64,000 nt of DNA, taken from the NCBI GenBank assembly GCA_050117845.1, contig JASFLY010000002.1:32001-96000 (forward strand). The letters run 5' to 3'. Source of the DNA: Candidatus Zixiibacteriota bacterium. GTDB lineage: Bacteria; RBG-13-66-14; B26-G2; WVWN01. Under the pieces are notes generated by a model, which was given only the letters and a program-made list of their open reading frames with translations, was not told the DNA's origin and did not search any database. Shown one piece after another: positions 26,781-34,734 of the stretch (positions are counted from its first letter, which is position 1; each line of letters begins with the position of its first letter). A program made the position numbers and the translations under genes.

Positions 26781-27440
26781 CTAGAAAACGACGTAGGCCG
26801 AGTACAGCGCGGTCTCGCCGTGGTTGCGCCGGGCCCCGACGGGCCGGACGGTATAATCGTGCCGCGCGGCCAGCCGGGTGACGAAGCCCTCCTGCACTTC
26901 CTCGAGCCGGCCCGCCAGGTCGGCGGGCGGGACCTTCACTTCGTCGTCGCCGAGGAGGTAATAACGGTAAAGGTTGATGGGCGTTCGGCGCCGTAGCGCG
27001 AGCAGGCCGCCGTCGGTCAGAAGAAGGAGAAAAGGGCGCGGCCCCCGGTCGCCGACGGCCTCGAAGAATCGCGTTACCGTTTCGCCCGGCGCGCCGAAAG
27101 CGTCGCAGTCCACGGCGGAGAAGTCCATGTGGCCGAGCAGGTCATCCTCGATGAACTCGGCGTCGGCCTTGTTGTAGAAGCGCACGTTGGAGAACCGGCC
27201 GGCGCGCTTCAACAAGCGCCGGAAGTGCGCCGGGTCCTTCTCGACGGCGACGACCTCCTGATAAGCCCGGGCGTAAATCCGCGACGTAAGGTAGCCCACG
27301 CCCGCGCGCAATTCTATTACTTTGCGGCGGCGCCGGTCCTGCGTCATAGCCTCCCGGCGGAAGGCGAACTTCTCCGGGTTGACGGCGTCGACGTCCCCCT
27401 CCAACGCAAAGCCTTCTTGATATTCGGGCTCCCCTGACAT
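26781..27440 (-). CDS. Class I SAM-dependent methyltransferase-like protein (Trm1/phage-type)
   Basis: VIELRAGVG (motif I), VAVEKDP (motif II), DFSAVDCDAFGAP resembling the Trm1 DxIDLDPFGSP motif, LTDGG. Confidence 0.65.
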   Translation of the reverse strand: MSGEPEYQEGFALEGDVDAVNPEKFAFRREAMTQDRRRRKVIELRAGVGYLTSRIYARAYQEVVAVEKDPAHFRRLLKRAGRFSNVRFYNKADAEFIEDDLLGHMDFSAVDCDAFGAPGETVTRFFEAVGDRGPRPFLLLLTDGGLLALRRRTPINLYRYYLLGDDEVKVPPADLAGRLEEVQEGFVTRLAARHDYTVRPVGARRNHGETALYSAYVVF

Positions 27441-27478
27441 ACACTACCTCCTGAACTCGGCACAACGTAAAGGATACT

Positions 27479-28363
27479 ATGGTCGAAATCGTAACCCGGC
27501 CCCGCAAGTCGAAATTCATCCGCTACTTCGACAAGACGCCCCCCGGCATCGTCTGTCCCCACTTCTACATCCTGGCCCACGGGAACGGCTGCATCTACGA
27601 GTGCGCATACTGCTACCTACAGCTTACGTTCCGCGGCCAGGTCCGCCAGACCATTTTCAGCAATACGGACGACCTCCTGCGCGAGGTGGACGAGTTCCTG
27701 GCCCGGCCGGAACCGGCGGTGCTCAACGCCGGCGAGCTCTGCGACTCGCTGGCCGTGGACGACCGCACCGGCCTCACGCGGGAACTGGTTCCGCGTTTCG
27801 CCGACCAGGACCGCCACCTCCTCCTGCTCCTCACAAAATCGGCCAACGTGGATAACCTGTTGGACCTCGAGCACAAAGGCCGGACGGTGGTCTCCTTCTC
27901 GGTGAACGCCGCCGACGTCGCCCGGAAGTACGAGCTCGCCTCGCCGCCTCCCGCCAAGCGGCTGGCCGCGGCGCGCCGCGCGTCCGAGGCCGGGTACCGC
28001 GTCCGCTTCCGCGTCGACCCCATAATCCCCGTGGCCGGGTGGGAGGACTCGTACGGCGAACTCATGGAGGACATACTATCGACGGCGCCGCCGGAGCGTT
28101 TCACTTTGGGTTCCCTCCGTTACTTCCCGAACGTCCGAACCTACGCCCGCAAGTTGGGCCGCGACGTTTCGGTCTTCGATTACGCCGGCGAGCGCACGCC
28201 CGAGGACGGCCGGCGCCGCGTCCCGGCGGGCCGCCGCGTTAAAATTTACCAACATATGATGGGATTGGTCCCGCCGGGCATCGAGGTCGGCCTGTGCAAA
28301 GAGACCGAGACCTGCCACCGGGCGCTGGGGATCAATAATATTGTCTGCAACTGTACCCTCTGA
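27479..28363 (+). CDS. Spore photoproduct lyase-like radical SAM protein
   Basis: GCIYECAYCYLQ, GELCDSL, LLTKSANV, SFSVN, RLAAA..ASEAGY.V.F..DPIIP, LCKET, C-terminal CNC. Confidence 0.85.
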   Translation: MVEIVTRPRKSKFIRYFDKTPPGIVCPHFYILAHGNGCIYECAYCYLQLTFRGQVRQTIFSNTDDLLREVDEFLARPEPAVLNAGELCDSLAVDDRTGLTRELVPRFADQDRHLLLLLTKSANVDNLLDLEHKGRTVVSFSVNAADVARKYELASPPPAKRLAAARRASEAGYRVRFRVDPIIPVAGWEDSYGELMEDILSTAPPERFTLGSLRYFPNVRTYARKLGRDVSVFDYAGERTPEDGRRRVPAGRRVKIYQHMMGLVPPGIEVGLCKETETCHRALGINNIVCNCTL

Positions 28364-28368
28364 ACTCC

Positions 28369-29079
28369 TTACGGGAAATGCAGGACGACGTCTCCCGCCA
28401 CCCTGTTCTCCGCCACGAACGAAAAGCCGAACGAACCGAACTCGCCGGGCCGCGACCCGGCCAAAAGCGGTCCCACCCGGCGACAGCGCCCCGCCGACAG
28501 CACCATCTCCCGGTCGAACCGCGTACCATCCACGTCACCCAGCTTTAGCGCCGCGAGGAGTCTGAATTCGCCGGGCGTATCGAACGGGTCCAGGACGAGC
28601 GTCCGTCCCCCGGCGTCGGCGTAGAAATAATCCACGTATACGTACGACCCGGCCCGGCCGGCCGAAAACGAGAGCCGGGTACCGTCTATGCAGTAACTGT
28701 CGGACGCCGGGGCCGCGGCGACGCGGCGGAGAGGCCGGTTGTCGTCGCCCACCACCAGCTCGGACAGGGGGACGACGCCCTCGTGGGCCAGCCGAACCTC
28801 GAACGGCTCCCGGGCCGGGACCTCGTACGGCTCGGCCTCGGCCCTAAGCAACGTCCCGACCGCAGCCCTGTCCCCGGTAGCAGCCGTCAAAAGGTCCGCC
28901 GTAAGGTCGTACCAGACGAGCCGGCCACGCAACGGCGTACGGCTCCCCCCCGTCCCCCCCCAATACGTCGTCGTATCGTTCGAAACGTTGAAGCCGAACT
29001 CGACTTCCACGTCAGCGTATTCGGGAAAACGTACGCCGTGGTCGGCGTCGATAACGAGTCCTCTTCCCATTAGCTTCAT
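28369..29079 (-). CDS. Phage tail tube-like protein with inserted Ig-like domain
   Basis: Beta-rich tube-like N- and C-terminal parts flank the segment E.YEVPAREPFEV...LRRVAAAPASDSY.I.G....FSAG.AG..V.VDY.Y, which I recognise from prophage tail proteins; ATGA coupling at 29079. Confidence 0.55.
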   Translation of the reverse strand: MKLMGRGLVIDADHGVRFPEYADVEVEFGFNVSNDTTTYWGGTGGSRTPLRGRLVWYDLTADLLTAATGDRAAVGTLLRAEAEPYEVPAREPFEVRLAHEGVVPLSELVVGDDNRPLRRVAAAPASDSYCIDGTRLSFSAGRAGSYVYVDYFYADAGGRTLVLDPFDTPGEFRLLAALKLGDVDGTRFDREMVLSAGRCRRVGPLLAGSRPGEFGSFGFSFVAENRVAGDVVLHFP

Positions 29080-29495
29080 GAAGAACTCCCCGGCCGGGTG
29101 AAGCCCACACGCCATTCGGTACACGCCGCCCCCACGGCTCGCCGCCGGAACGCCCGGCCTTTATCCCGTGTCATATAAACCGTACGTACGTATTCGACCC
29201 GGGGGCGCGCCGCCAAGAGGACTTCTTCCAAATGCTGGGCCCGCCGACGGACGGTTTCCACCGCGCGAACGTCGTCGGCGTAAGTCCAAATTCTCACGGC
29301 GGCGACGCGGCGGGGCCCTTCGGGGTCGGCGACAAAGGCCGAATTCGCCGCTTCCACCGCGAACGCCCCTCCCTCCCCGACGCGGGGCAGGGCGGCCGGG
29401 TCGCCCCGGTACAGCGCCGCCCCGGGGAACTCCCTGAGAATAAGGCCCCGGGCCGTCTCCTCCAACTCTCCCAGATAATCCCGGACTTCGGCCAT
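29076..29495 (-). CDS. Hypothetical protein, possible phage tail completion/terminator
   Basis: 139 aa; helix-strand-strand-helix-strand layout and position between cement-like and tube-like genes; SD GGAGGGAGG. Confidence 0.4.
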   Translation of the reverse strand: MAEVRDYLGELEETARGLILREFPGAALYRGDPAALPRVGEGGAFAVEAANSAFVADPEGPRRVAAVRIWTYADDVRAVETVRRRAQHLEEVLLAARPRVEYVRTVYMTRDKGRAFRRRAVGAACTEWRVGFTRPGSSS

Positions 29496-29510
29496 TTCGC
29501 CCCTCCCTCC

Positions 29511-29918
29511 CTAATGAGCCGCGTTCCGTATAAGAACGCGTACGACGCCGGCGGCCGGGATCTCCACTATGGTCCCGGCCAGGACGCCGTTCACGCTCGC
29601 GAGCGCCACCTCGTCGTCTTCCAGAACGAAGGCGGCCGAGCCCAGGTCCGCGAGGCGGGGATACGCCATCGCGACGCGAAAGGACCCGTCCTTCCATACC
29701 CGAATCGACATGTCGCCGTCGGCGCCGTCGCCGTTGTCCGCCCGCTCGTAAGCGAAGCCCACGAACGTAAGGCCCTCCTCGTCGCGCGCGGGCACCGCAT
29801 ATCCGGCTTCGTTAAGGCAAACCATCGCTCCCTTGAAGATAACCGCTCCGCTGGCCAACCGGTAACCTACCAGGATGCCGTCCTTCCGCTCCGTATCGCA
29901 ATCCGCCGTCAACGTCAT
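29511..29918 (-). CDS. Mu-like phage capsid cement/decoration protein
   Basis: MTLTAD..T.RKDG, IFKGAMV.LN.AGYAVPA, G.A.E.ADN..GADGD..I.V..G.F, DLG...FV.EDD.V, AG.IVE. Alternative TTG start at 29951. Confidence 0.7.
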   Translation of the reverse strand: MTLTADCDTERKDGILVGYRLASGAVIFKGAMVCLNEAGYAVPARDEEGLTFVGFAYERADNGDGADGDMSIRVWKDGSFRVAMAYPRLADLGSAAFVLEDDEVALASVNGVLAGTIVEIPAAGVVRVLIRNAAH

Positions 29919-30051
29919 GCCTCGACCTCCTTTTAACGCCATCGAGCCCAATCTTCCTCCTTCGTGAAAACGGATACCCCTCGCTAAAAATATAAAGGCC
30001 CGGTTGTAAACCGGGCCCGATTATCTCGGTGCTTAAGTTGTCGGGAGGCCT

Positions 30052-30576
30052 TTACGGCAGGAAACGGAGTGAGGCGACCAGGGCCTCGAAATCCTCCTCC
30101 ACTCGCGGCCATTCGCGCTCCAGGCTTTCAGCGGAGCAGAAGTACACTATCGTGTCGTTGGCTATGGCGTACACGACCGTACGATGGTAGCCGAGTTCGT
30201 CGTAGGTGCTGAACTCCAGGCGGGCCGCCCGGCCGAAGCTGAATTTCTTGTCGCCGAGCGAAATCCGGTCGTAATTCGGCTTCGTTAACTTAAAATTATT
30301 TTTTTCGTTTTTCTCCAATTTATCCTTGATGAAGCCGTAATCGACGTCGAAGCCGTAAATATCGTAATCGGCATAAGTGATGGTAATCGTGGCGTTCAGG
30401 TCGTCGTTCACCAGGCTCGCCGCGACCGGGGCGGTTAACTTCGTATTGACCCGCCACCCCCCGTCGGGCGTCTGGAAAGCCATGCCGGCGTCACGGCAGA
30501 TTACCTCTTCCTGCGACCACACGACGGCGGCAGTAGCGAGAAGCGCGAGGGATAGCATCACTATCGTAGTCTTCAT
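30052..30576 (-). CDS. Exported hypothetical protein (PsbP/DcrB-like fold possible)
   Basis: Signal peptide; GMAFQTPDGGW N-terminus and FEALVASLRF C-terminus; followed by hairpin 29995-30018. Confidence 0.55.
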   Translation of the reverse strand: MKTTIVMLSLALLATAAVVWSQEEVICRDAGMAFQTPDGGWRVNTKLTAPVAASLVNDDLNATITITYADYDIYGFDVDYGFIKDKLEKNEKNNFKLTKPNYDRISLGDKKFSFGRAARLEFSTYDELGYHRTVVYAIANDTIVYFCSAESLEREWPRVEEDFEALVASLRFLP

Positions 30577-30863
30577 GGTGCCTTCTCCTTCCGACCACCC
30601 TCGCTTATCACTATACTTTATTCAGTCGAATCCGTCAACTTTTATTCGCATTGGTGAAAAGGCCGGCCCTTTCGGAAACGGCTCCGTACAGATATTAGCA
30701 TAAAGAAGGCCGCTGTCAAGACGTCCGGCCGGTTCGGCCGCCAACCCCGCACGTAAGTTATTAAATATCAATCGCTTACGTAAGTCGGCTCGGCGGCGAA
30801 AAGGACAAAAGGCCCCTGGTAGGGGGCCCCCTATCTGCGAACGTCGCAATATTATTAAAACCG

Positions 30864-31142
30864 TTACTTAACGGAATCTTTGAGGCCTTTACCGGCTTTG
30901 AACTTGACGGACTTCTTCTCGGGAATGTAGATAGTCTCGCCCGTCTTGGGATTCCGGCCCATCCGGCCCTTGTTGGTGCGGACCTCAAACGTGCCGAAAG
31001 AAACGATGGATACCTTCTCGCCCTTCTGGAGGCTTTCCTGGATGGTATCGAAGACCATTCCTACGACGCTATCGGCCTTGCTCTTGGGAAGGCTCGCTTT
31101 TTGCGCCACCACGTCCGCTATATCCGATTTGCTTACTGCCAC
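30864..31142 (-). CDS. hup: DNA-binding protein HU
   Basis: SKSDIADVVAQKA, GEKVSIVSFGTFEV, GRNPKTGETI.IP, VKFKAGKGLKD. Confidence 0.95.
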   Translation of the reverse strand: MAVSKSDIADVVAQKASLPKSKADSVVGMVFDTIQESLQKGEKVSIVSFGTFEVRTNKGRMGRNPKTGETIYIPEKKSVKFKAGKGLKDSVK

Positions 31143-31175
31143 CTCACCGACCTCCTTTCGTAGTTAGGCTATTCG

Positions 31176-31204
31176 ACGCTAACACACAATGTCTTGTGTG
31201 TCAA
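31176..31204 (-). promoter_or_regulatory. hup promoter overlapped by an 8-bp inverted repeat
   Basis: Minus strand TTGACA-17-TAGCGT; ACACACAA-tgtc-TTGTGTGT at 31182-31201. Confidence 0.55.
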
Positions 31205-31253
31205 CGAAAAAACGCATACCAGATATAGCGTTTCCGACTCCGAATGGGCGGGC

Positions 31254-31928
31254 TTACGGTTTCCCCTCCGGCTCCGCCGCCAGCCGCTCCTCCGCCATCT
31301 CGCGCCACTCCGCCGGGGCGTCGCGGGCGTCGCGCACCATAATCCACTCGTCCCGAGCCCGCGCCGCGTCCACTTCGTCGAGCGTCAGCGCCAGGTTCAA
31401 ATGGGCGAGCGTGTTGTCCGGTTCGATAACGAGCGCCCGGGCCAACGCCGCCGCGGCGTCCGCGTATTCGCCCGCGCTCCGTAGGGCCGAACCCAAGTAA
31501 ACGTAAGCCTCCGCTTTGTTCGGCGCGAGCGCCGCGGCCCGCCTTAACTCTTCCGCCGCTTCCGAAAACTTTTCCGACCGGGCCAGCGTTACGCCCAGGT
31601 TAAATTGGTAACTGTAATTCCGGGGGTCGAGGTCCGTCGCCCGGCGATACGCCTCGGCCGCCTCTTCGTAGCGCTCCAGTTTATTGAGGTTATTGCCCAG
31701 GCCCATATACGCCTCGGCCAGGTCGGGGGCGAGTTCAATGACGGCGCGATACTCGTCCACCGCCCCCTCGTAATTACCGGCCAGCTCGTGGATCTCGGCC
31801 ATATTCGTATGCTTGGAAATGCTTTGTTTGCGTTTATGCTCGTCGCCGCCGATGATCCAGACGCAGCCGGCCGAGGCGAGCAGAAGGCCGCCCGCGCACG
31901 CCCGAATAATCCATATTCTAATATTCAC
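31254..31928 (-). CDS. TPR-repeat lipoprotein
   Basis: ASAGC lipobox; AEAYMGLG, YQFNLG, AYVYLG, AHLNLA TPR units. Confidence 0.85.
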   Translation of the reverse strand: MNIRIWIIRACAGGLLLASAGCVWIIGGDEHKRKQSISKHTNMAEIHELAGNYEGAVDEYRAVIELAPDLAEAYMGLGNNLNKLERYEEAAEAYRRATDLDPRNYSYQFNLGVTLARSEKFSEAAEELRRAAALAPNKAEAYVYLGSALRSAGEYADAAAALARALVIEPDNTLAHLNLALTLDEVDAARARDEWIMVRDARDAPAEWREMAEERLAAEPEGKP

Positions 31929-31942
31929 GGCAGTACCACCTT

Positions 31943-33250
31943 CTACGGTTTAGTCAGCCGCTCCAACCGTTCCCGGGCTTCGCTGACGCGCCGCTTCTCT
32001 CCCGGCACGCCGTCCGCCAACTCGATGTACCGTTCCCACTGGCCGGCGGCCCGCCCCGGTTCCGAAAACTCCCGCGCCACCGCCAGATTGTAATTGTAGT
32101 CGGGGTTACCCGGTTCCAGCGCCACGGCCTTCTCGAACGCCTCCGCGGCCCACGTCGCCATCTCTTCCTCGAGGTATAACTCTCCTATCTGGTTCTGGAT
32201 ATCGCCGTTATCGGGCAATCTCGCGGCCGCCTCGAAGAAATAGGCCAGCGCCCGGCCCGGCCGCCTCATCTCCCGCTCGATGCGGCCCAACGCCGCGTAG
32301 GCCGGCCCGGCCCCCTCGCCCTTGAGGCTCGCCGCTTTTTCCAGAAGCGGCGTGGCTTTATCGTAACGGCGCCAACCCTCGTACGTAAGGCCCATGCCCT
32401 CGGCGACGTCGCCCTCGTCGTAGCCCAGTTCGGCCGCGCGCTGATAGAACTCCATCGAGAGTTCGTATTCCCGCAATTCGAAGTAGGTCCGGCCCGCCTG
32501 GTAGAAGAACCGGCCTTGCATCGGCGCCCGCAGGGCCCCGGCGTTGAAGGCCTGGGCCGCGGCGGCAAAATCGCCGGCATAATAAGTCGAAAGGCCGAGG
32601 CCGTAATATCCCTCGACGTTATCGGGCGCTACCTCCAGCAGGCGCCGCCAGAAAAAGGCCGCCCGGTCGTAATCGCCCCGCCGGTGGTACAAAACGGCCA
32701 GGTTGTGCACCGCCGCTAGACGCCGCGGGTCCTCCGTCAGGGCGCGCAAATACGCCTCTTCGGCGTCTTCCGACCTGCCGGCCGCGTCGTACGTTACGCC
32801 CAGGTTGAACCAAGCCGCCGCGTCGTCGTCGTAAAATTCGAGGTAGGTGGAATACGCCGTAGCGGCGTCGTCGTAGCGCTCCTCTTCGTGGTACACCCGG
32901 CCCAGGAAAAAGTAGGTTTCCGGGAAATCGGGGCCCGCGGCCGCCTCGTAATGGCCGGCGGCCCGCCCCGGAAGGCCCCGCTCCTGGTATACCCGGCCTA
33001 AATAGTAATGCGCCCGGCGGTCATCCGGACGCGTCAATAATACCTCGTAAAAGGCGATTTCGGCGCTTACCAGGTCCCCCGCCAGAAACGCCGCCTCCCC
33101 TATAATTAGATTCGCGTCCGCGGCCTCGGCCGACGCATCGGCCGCGCCTTCCGCGGTCGCCCCCGCCGCCGCGCCCCCGCCGGCTAGTATCAGGGCCAAC
33201 GCCCAGCCGATAGCGCGTTTACCCGTGATAACCCTCCCTTCGAAGCTCAA
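31943..33250 (-). CDS. Exported TPR-repeat protein
   Basis: Signal peptide followed by about 10 TPR units; exact start uncertain. Confidence 0.85.
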   Translation of the reverse strand: MSFEGRVITGKRAIGWALALILAGGGAAAGATAEGAADASAEAADANLIIGEAAFLAGDLVSAEIAFYEVLLTRPDDRRAHYYLGRVYQERGLPGRAAGHYEAAAGPDFPETYFFLGRVYHEEERYDDAATAYSTYLEFYDDDAAAWFNLGVTYDAAGRSEDAEEAYLRALTEDPRRLAAVHNLAVLYHRRGDYDRAAFFWRRLLEVAPDNVEGYYGLGLSTYYAGDFAAAAQAFNAGALRAPMQGRFFYQAGRTYFELREYELSMEFYQRAAELGYDEGDVAEGMGLTYEGWRRYDKATPLLEKAASLKGEGAGPAYAALGRIEREMRRPGRALAYFFEAAARLPDNGDIQNQIGELYLEEEMATWAAEAFEKAVALEPGNPDYNYNLAVAREFSEPGRAAGQWERYIELADGVPGEKRRVSEARERLERLTKP

Positions 33251-33962
33251 GGTGGCGCTTCTGCGCGTCTTTCAGCTTGGAGGGCTTTATGCCGGTATGG
33301 GTGGCGGACATATTGAGTAGTTCTTCGTATAGCGCCACGGCCTTGTTTTTATCCGTATTCTCGTAGACCTGCGCCAGGTCGTACCGGATATTCATGGAAT
33401 AAGGCGCGACCTCTAGCGCGGCCTCGTAATACCCGATCGCCGCCTCGTAATCCCCGGCCGCGGCCTCGTTCTCCGCCGCCCCCCTGAGAATATCCAGGTC
33501 CTCGGGCGTGTATTTCAACGCGGCCGAGTATTCCTTCCGGGCCCCTTCGTAATTTTCGGCCTCGGATAACTCCGCGGCCCGGGCGAAATGGGGCCTCGCT
33601 CGGAGGCGGCCGCGATGAGCCTCGGCCTCACCGACCCACTCGTCCTGGGACGGGTCGGCGGCGGCCACCTTCAAGTACTCCTCCCAAGCCGCCAGCGCCT
33701 TTTCGTCGTCGACGAATTCGTACGCCAGCGCCAGGTTGAAGTACGCCGTCAGGAGGGTCGGGTCCTTTTCGACGGCGACGCGGTAGAAGGCTATCGCCTG
33801 GTCGTACTCCTGGGCCTCCATCGCCTGGTCGCCCCATATCAAGCGGGTCCGGGCAATTTCCTCCGGCGAACGACGCCGGGCGATAATGATGGCGGCGGCG
33901 ATGCCCACCGCGACCAGTATCGACCAGTACATCCACCGGCCTTTGCCGAATACCGTAACCAT
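33219..33962 (-). CDS. Membrane-anchored TPR-repeat protein
   Basis: N-terminal hydrophobic helix; AYFNLALAYE, IRYDLAQVYE. Confidence 0.8.
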   Translation of the reverse strand: MVTVFGKGRWMYWSILVAVGIAAAIIIARRRSPEEIARTRLIWGDQAMEAQEYDQAIAFYRVAVEKDPTLLTAYFNLALAYEFVDDEKALAAWEEYLKVAAADPSQDEWVGEAEAHRGRLRARPHFARAAELSEAENYEGARKEYSAALKYTPEDLDILRGAAENEAAAGDYEAAIGYYEAALEVAPYSMNIRYDLAQVYENTDKNKAVALYEELLNMSATHTGIKPSKLKDAQKRHLELRREGYHG

Positions 33963-34688
33963 CTAGCCCTTCTCCCCGACGTTGTGCCGCGCGATGAGGT
34001 CGGGCAACTCGCCCAGGTTGTCGATAACGTAATCCGCCTGAGCCGCGGCGAATTGTTTGACCGACGGCCGGCGGTTGGCCCATCCCTGACGCACGCGGAC
34101 CGATACCATCCCGGCGAGGTTGGCGCCGATTACGTCCTTGTTGCGGTCGCCGACGTACATGACGGCGGCCGGGGGCCGGGCCGCCGCGGCCAGCGCGTCC
34201 CGGAACATCATCTGGCCCGGCTTGTGTTTGAATACGGGATAATCCTCCGAGATGAAGGTGGGGCCGAAAAACGCGGCCAGGCCCGCCCGTTCCAGCTTCA
34301 TCCGCTGTTCGGCGACGCGGCCGTCGGTGATAACGCCCAGGCCGAAACCTTCCGCGGCCAGCCGTTCCAACACCGGCCCCGCCTCCGGGAAGGCCGGGAT
34401 GCCACCGATCCCCTCATTAAATAAAGCCGCGCCCCGGGCCGCGAGTTCGTCCCGCAGGCCGTCCGTAACGCCCGCCTCGTAGAGCCACGCCCGGATGTAC
34501 TCCTCCGGCATCGTCGAGCCGAACGTGCCCGTCATCTCGGCCTCGAGTTCGGGGGGCGGGACGGCGCCGCCGGCCGCGGCGACCGCCGGCCTCAGCTCCG
34601 CCAGCGCGGCCTCGTAGGCCTCCGCCACCGTAGCCGTGGTTTCGACGAGCGTGTCGTCCAGGTCGAAATATACGAATTCTATTTTCAA
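33963..34688 (-). CDS. HAD-superfamily hydrolase
   Basis: FDLDDTL, VITDG, KP, YVGDRNKDV.GA..AGM. Confidence 0.92.
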   Translation of the reverse strand: MKIEFVYFDLDDTLVETTATVAEAYEAALAELRPAVAAAGGAVPPPELEAEMTGTFGSTMPEEYIRAWLYEAGVTDGLRDELAARGAALFNEGIGGIPAFPEAGPVLERLAAEGFGLGVITDGRVAEQRMKLERAGLAAFFGPTFISEDYPVFKHKPGQMMFRDALAAAARPPAAVMYVGDRNKDVIGANLAGMVSVRVRQGWANRRPSVKQFAAAQADYVIDNLGELPDLIARHNVGEKG

Positions 34689-34734
34689 TTTTAACTCGTT
34701 CCTCGGTTAATTTATATCACACCAGGCCGCCGGC

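Noticed and set aside
25391..29951. Intact prophage or restriction-modification system
   Set aside because: No integrase, terminase, portal, major capsid, tape measure, lysis genes, att sites or restriction endonuclease were recognised.
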